NCBI RefSeq assembly: GCF_042954325.1
Contig: NZ_JBGKDS010000025.1
Coordinates: forward strand, 1,255-65,254
DNA length: 64,000 nt
Source of the DNA: Parasynechococcus sp.
GTDB lineage: Bacteria > Cyanobacteriota > Cyanobacteriia > PCC-6307 > Cyanobiaceae
Direction: 5' to 3'
Shown here: one piece after another, positions 61,174-64,000 of the stretch
Numbering within the stretch: the first letter of the stretch is position 1
How the letters are laid out: each line of letters opens with the position of its first letter
The notes under the pieces: generated by a model
What the model was told of the DNA's origin: nothing
The model's database searches: none
What the model saw: only the letters and a program-made list of their open reading frames with translations
Made by a program: the position numbers and the translations under genes

Positions 61174-61563
61174 ATGAGCGCACGCGCAATCACCACGAGT
61201 TCCGCTCCCGCACCGGTTGGGCCGTACAACCAAGCTGTGCTCGCCGGAGGGTGGTTGTATTGCTCTGGCCAAATTCCGCTGGATCCAGCCACTGGCGAGA
61301 TGGTTGGAGGCGGCGATGTCGCCGCAGAAACCCGTCAGGTGCTCAGCAACCTCCAGGCCGTGCTGAGCGAAGCGGGGGCAACACCCGCGAATGTTGTGCG
61401 GACCACTGTTTTTCTGGCTGATCTCGGCGACTTCCAAACCGTCAATGGCATTTATGCCGAGGTGTTTGGAGACGGCGTGAGTCCTGCTCGCGCCTGCGTC
61501 CAGGTTGCGGCTTTACCCAAGGGAGCACGCGTGGAAATCGACTGCGTTGCCTGGCTTGGCTGA
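61174..61563 (+). CDS. ridA: RidA family enamine/imine deaminase
   Basis: APAPVGPYNQA, SGQIPLDP, PARACVQV..LP.GA.VEIDC. Confidence 0.93.
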   Translation: MSARAITTSSAPAPVGPYNQAVLAGGWLYCSGQIPLDPATGEMVGGGDVAAETRQVLSNLQAVLSEAGATPANVVRTTVFLADLGDFQTVNGIYAEVFGDGVSPARACVQVAALPKGARVEIDCVAWLG

Positions 61564-61712
61564 CGTCAAACAAGCCTGCTGGGTGGAGGCCAGAGCAACA
61601 AAATTGTCTGGTCCAGCTCACCAATCCTGACCCGAAGTGTTGCGCCCGGTCGGCCACCGGGCGCTTGCTAGAGAGGCGGTTGCATAGGTTGTATGGGTGC
61701 AGGAGTCATCCC

Positions 61713-61943
61713 ATGCCCCAGACCAAGCTGACGATCGGCGAACTGGAAGCGGGATACCCGATGTACTGCAAAGCGCTGCGGCGACTTCTCCAACAGGGGA
61801 AATCAGCCGAAGAAATCGAACGAACCGTGTGCTGGGGTCACCTCGAAACCCTGAACCGCTGTTTGCCAACGCGCTACAAATCACCGTCCTATCTATTGGC
61901 CCTGATCAAACGGGATCTACAAAAAGACAACGAGAACAGCTGA
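61713..61943 (+). CDS. DUF3136 family protein
   Basis: LTIGELEAGYPMYCKALR...RTVCW..LE.L...LP.RYKSP.YL. SD AGGAG upstream. Confidence 0.88.
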   Translation: MPQTKLTIGELEAGYPMYCKALRRLLQQGKSAEEIERTVCWGHLETLNRCLPTRYKSPSYLLALIKRDLQKDNENS

Positions 61944-62196
61944 CAAAACCATTCATCAGCCACTCATCCAATCCTCAGAGCATCGATAAGTTCTAGGTCT
62001 TAAACAACGGTTGTTGGATCAAAGAACCGTCGATGAGACTTTTGTTCCGCAAAAAGCAAAGAACGCATTGGACCACTGGATTCATTCCAGCCATCGCGTT
62101 GGTCGCACTGACAGGCGTTTGCCTCGAGTGGGGCGAAGCCAGGGGCTGGAGCGACAACGCATCGGCCCAGATCGATCAAGGCCCCGCCCCAAAAAC

Positions 62197-62328
62197 TCAA
62201 TAGCTGGACTGGGGCAATGTGAATCCAGATTGCATGTGACCGAAGTCGAGCATCACGTAGGTGAGCCAAAGCAGAAGAGCTGCTACGCCAGCACCGGCAG
62301 CCACCTTGGCCACAGAGCGGGCGATCAT
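62197..62328 (-). CDS. 43-aa single-TM microprotein
   Basis: MIARSVAKVAAGAGVAALLLWLTYVMLDFGHMQSGFTLPQSSY*, the C-terminal part of ORF 62197..62619. Confidence 0.6.
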   Translation of the reverse strand: MIARSVAKVAAGAGVAALLLWLTYVMLDFGHMQSGFTLPQSSY

Positions 62329-62505
62329 TTCCGCAACAGAGACTTCCTTCACAACAAGCGTTGACGCTGCGGTAAGTCTGCTCGATGACGGACAGAACGG
62401 CGGCGCATTGACGCTGGATCCATCCGCGGGCCTCTGACGCCACGCAACCGGCCGACCGAATTCGAATGGAATCGTTATAGTCTCATCTCGACATTGACTG
62501 GTCCC

Positions 62506-62766
62506 ATGCTGCGCAGCTTCCTTGCGATCGTCTTTGCGGCAGTGATGTGGGTTCAGGTTCCTCAGTGGCAAAACGACTGGTCCCGTTGCGCCGTTGATGT
62601 CCCCGATGTGGATTGCCATTGGTACGTCGTGGCACCCGACAACACATTTGGCGAAGGGTTCGACTGGGCGTCAGCCCCCTGGTTTGACTCCAATGGCCTA
62701 CAGGATGTTGCTCAACTGAAGAACACCATGCTGGGCATTCACAACAACGCCCACGACGAGATCTAA
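62506..62766 (+). CDS. Small exported Trp-rich hypothetical protein
   Basis: Hydrophobic N-terminus then WQNDWSRCAVDVPDVDCHWYVVAPDNTFGEGFDW. Confidence 0.72.
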   Translation: MLRSFLAIVFAAVMWVQVPQWQNDWSRCAVDVPDVDCHWYVVAPDNTFGEGFDWASAPWFDSNGLQDVAQLKNTMLGIHNNAHDEI

Positions 62767-62782
62767 GCAGGAGCCTTAACGC

Positions 62783-63022
62783 TCACTCAACACCGTCATG
62801 AACCGGGGACGCCGTGAAGTTCCAGGTGTCCTCAACCTCCTGCCACAGATCCCAAACCTTTCTGGACCCATTTCTCAACACCAATTGGCCGCGAAAACCG
62901 GCAGGCATGGGTTGATAAAGCTCTTCCATCGACTGGATTGGAGAACCATCAGCGGCAAGCACCTCCTGCACAGGCTGACCGAGGCGTTCGGTGAGCACCG
63001 CTTTGAGCTGAGCGATCTCCAT
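62783..63022 (-). CDS. Hypothetical protein
   Basis: TGATG-coupled to the upstream gene. 79 aa. Confidence 0.65.
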   Translation of the reverse strand: MEIAQLKAVLTERLGQPVQEVLAADGSPIQSMEELYQPMPAGFRGQLVLRNGSRKVWDLWQEVEDTWNFTASPVHDGVE

Positions 63023-63363
63023 CAGCCTTGAGCCAAGTGGTAGCTCACGAGAAGATCGCCCGTAGGGTCACGCTCGATTTCGAACTGAAAGCCGTCCAGT
63101 CGGCCCGTCCAAAGACCTTCCTCGGGATCTGCCGTCGCTCCAGTCTTGTCTTCAACAGCGTGCTCAAACAGCACTTGAAACACATGGGCCGCGACGGCCG
63201 CCGCCTGCCCCTCATCCATGTCATCGAGCTCGTCGGGGGCCACGTCGCAGCCTTCGAGCACCTCCCCGTCGATGACGATGTCGTTGCCGATATCCGCGAC
63301 GAGCGCTTTCAAGCCGTCATTGGAGTCCATCTCTGCCATCCAGTCCAAAACCAATGGATCCAT
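63022..63363 (-). CDS. Acidic hypothetical protein
   Basis: D/E-rich 113 aa. ATG 63363. Confidence 0.65.
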   Translation of the reverse strand: MDPLVLDWMAEMDSNDGLKALVADIGNDIVIDGEVLEGCDVAPDELDDMDEGQAAAVAAHVFQVLFEHAVEDKTGATADPEEGLWTGRLDGFQFEIERDPTGDLLVSYHLAQG

Positions 63364-63411
63364 TCTCGCTGAGGGCCGTTTCAATGGGCCCTACGCTCAG
63401 CGACAAAAAGC

Positions 63412-63936
63412 ATGGGGACCACTCGACAATCGCGCCTGGAAGTCAGGTTTGAGCGCCTGATCTGGAGGTTTCGACTGGTCACGATTGTGCCGGTTGTGAT
63501 GAGCTTGGTCGGCAGCGTGAGCTGCTTCATCGTGGGCACCCATGAGGAGCTCGCTGCAATCGGGAAAGTCCTCAGCGGAGAGATCAAACGCGGCAATGCC
63601 AACCTTGTCATCAGCAAAGTGGTCGGCGGAATTGATTTTTATCTGATCGGAATCGCCCTGTTGATCTTCGGCTACGGAATCTACGAATTAGTGATCTCAG
63701 ATATTGATGACCGGCTGCAGGCTCAGTCGGAACATCGACAAAACCTGCTCAAGATCGAATCACTGGATAGCCTCAAGCAAAAACTCACCAAGGTGATCGT
63801 TGTTGCCCTGATCGTGACCGCCTTCAAACTACTCACTAGCTTCGAAATCAACAACATCACCGAGGTGCTTCAGTTCTGCACATGTGTCTTAATGCTGGCA
63901 TTGAGCGGCTGGCTGATTGGGCGCAAACAAAGTTAA
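63412..63936 (+). CDS. YqhA (UPF0114) family membrane protein
   Basis: RFERLIWRFR, ID.YLIGIALLIFGYGIYELVIS.ID, SLDSLKQKL.KVI. Confidence 0.85.
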   Translation: MGTTRQSRLEVRFERLIWRFRLVTIVPVVMSLVGSVSCFIVGTHEELAAIGKVLSGEIKRGNANLVISKVVGGIDFYLIGIALLIFGYGIYELVISDIDDRLQAQSEHRQNLLKIESLDSLKQKLTKVIVVALIVTAFKLLTSFEINNITEVLQFCTCVLMLALSGWLIGRKQS

Positions 63937-63944
63937 AACGACCG

Positions 63945-64000
63945 ATGATTCAACTCATCATCGTGACTGAGCCGCTGACTGCGTCGCCGCTCCGCATCAA
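63945..64000 (+). CDS. Possible 5' fragment of a gene at the right edge
   Basis: MIQLIIVTEPLTASPLRI... stays open to the window end. Confidence 0.25.
   Translation, partial: MIQLIIVTEPLTASPLRI

Noticed and set aside
62000-62443. 147-aa Cys-rich minus ORF and 117-aa plus ORF 62011..62364
   Set aside because: Both overlap the more plausible 43-aa TM peptide in other frames and look like random translations.

Overview
64 kb of mostly core chromosome from a marine picocyanobacterium. Gene content and high GC fit Synechococcus; this assignment is inferred from recognised proteins, not from a search. Left to right it holds: a partial YcjF/DUF697 gene, a CDF transporter, trpS, a lambda-type lysozyme, thrS-glk-thrB-ndhD-prlC, folB-proA-ROK-tamB, ycf51, glgB-hemE, petE-petJ-Nif11, clpB, a low-GC inserted gene, a cobalamin riboswitch-hupE/ureJ-MIP unit, queD, hisIE, a group 2 sigma factor, a c6B-like cytochrome, trpA, ndhL, an intronless tRNA-Leu(UAA), pyrC, bicA/SulP, gor, GST, dnaA, HtrA, TIGR04282/04283 glycosyltransferases, hisG, gloB, futC, ridA and a terminal patch of small hypothetical genes. 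I saw no prophage, transposase, integrase or CRISPR array. The best leads are: a three-way-junction structured element between clpB and a divergent gene; an atypical MIP channel apparently inside a B12-riboswitch transcription unit; Nif11-domain genes beside both cytochrome c6 paralogues; and several microproteins missing from the ORF track. Many starts were moved by hand from the ORF-track positions and are estimates.
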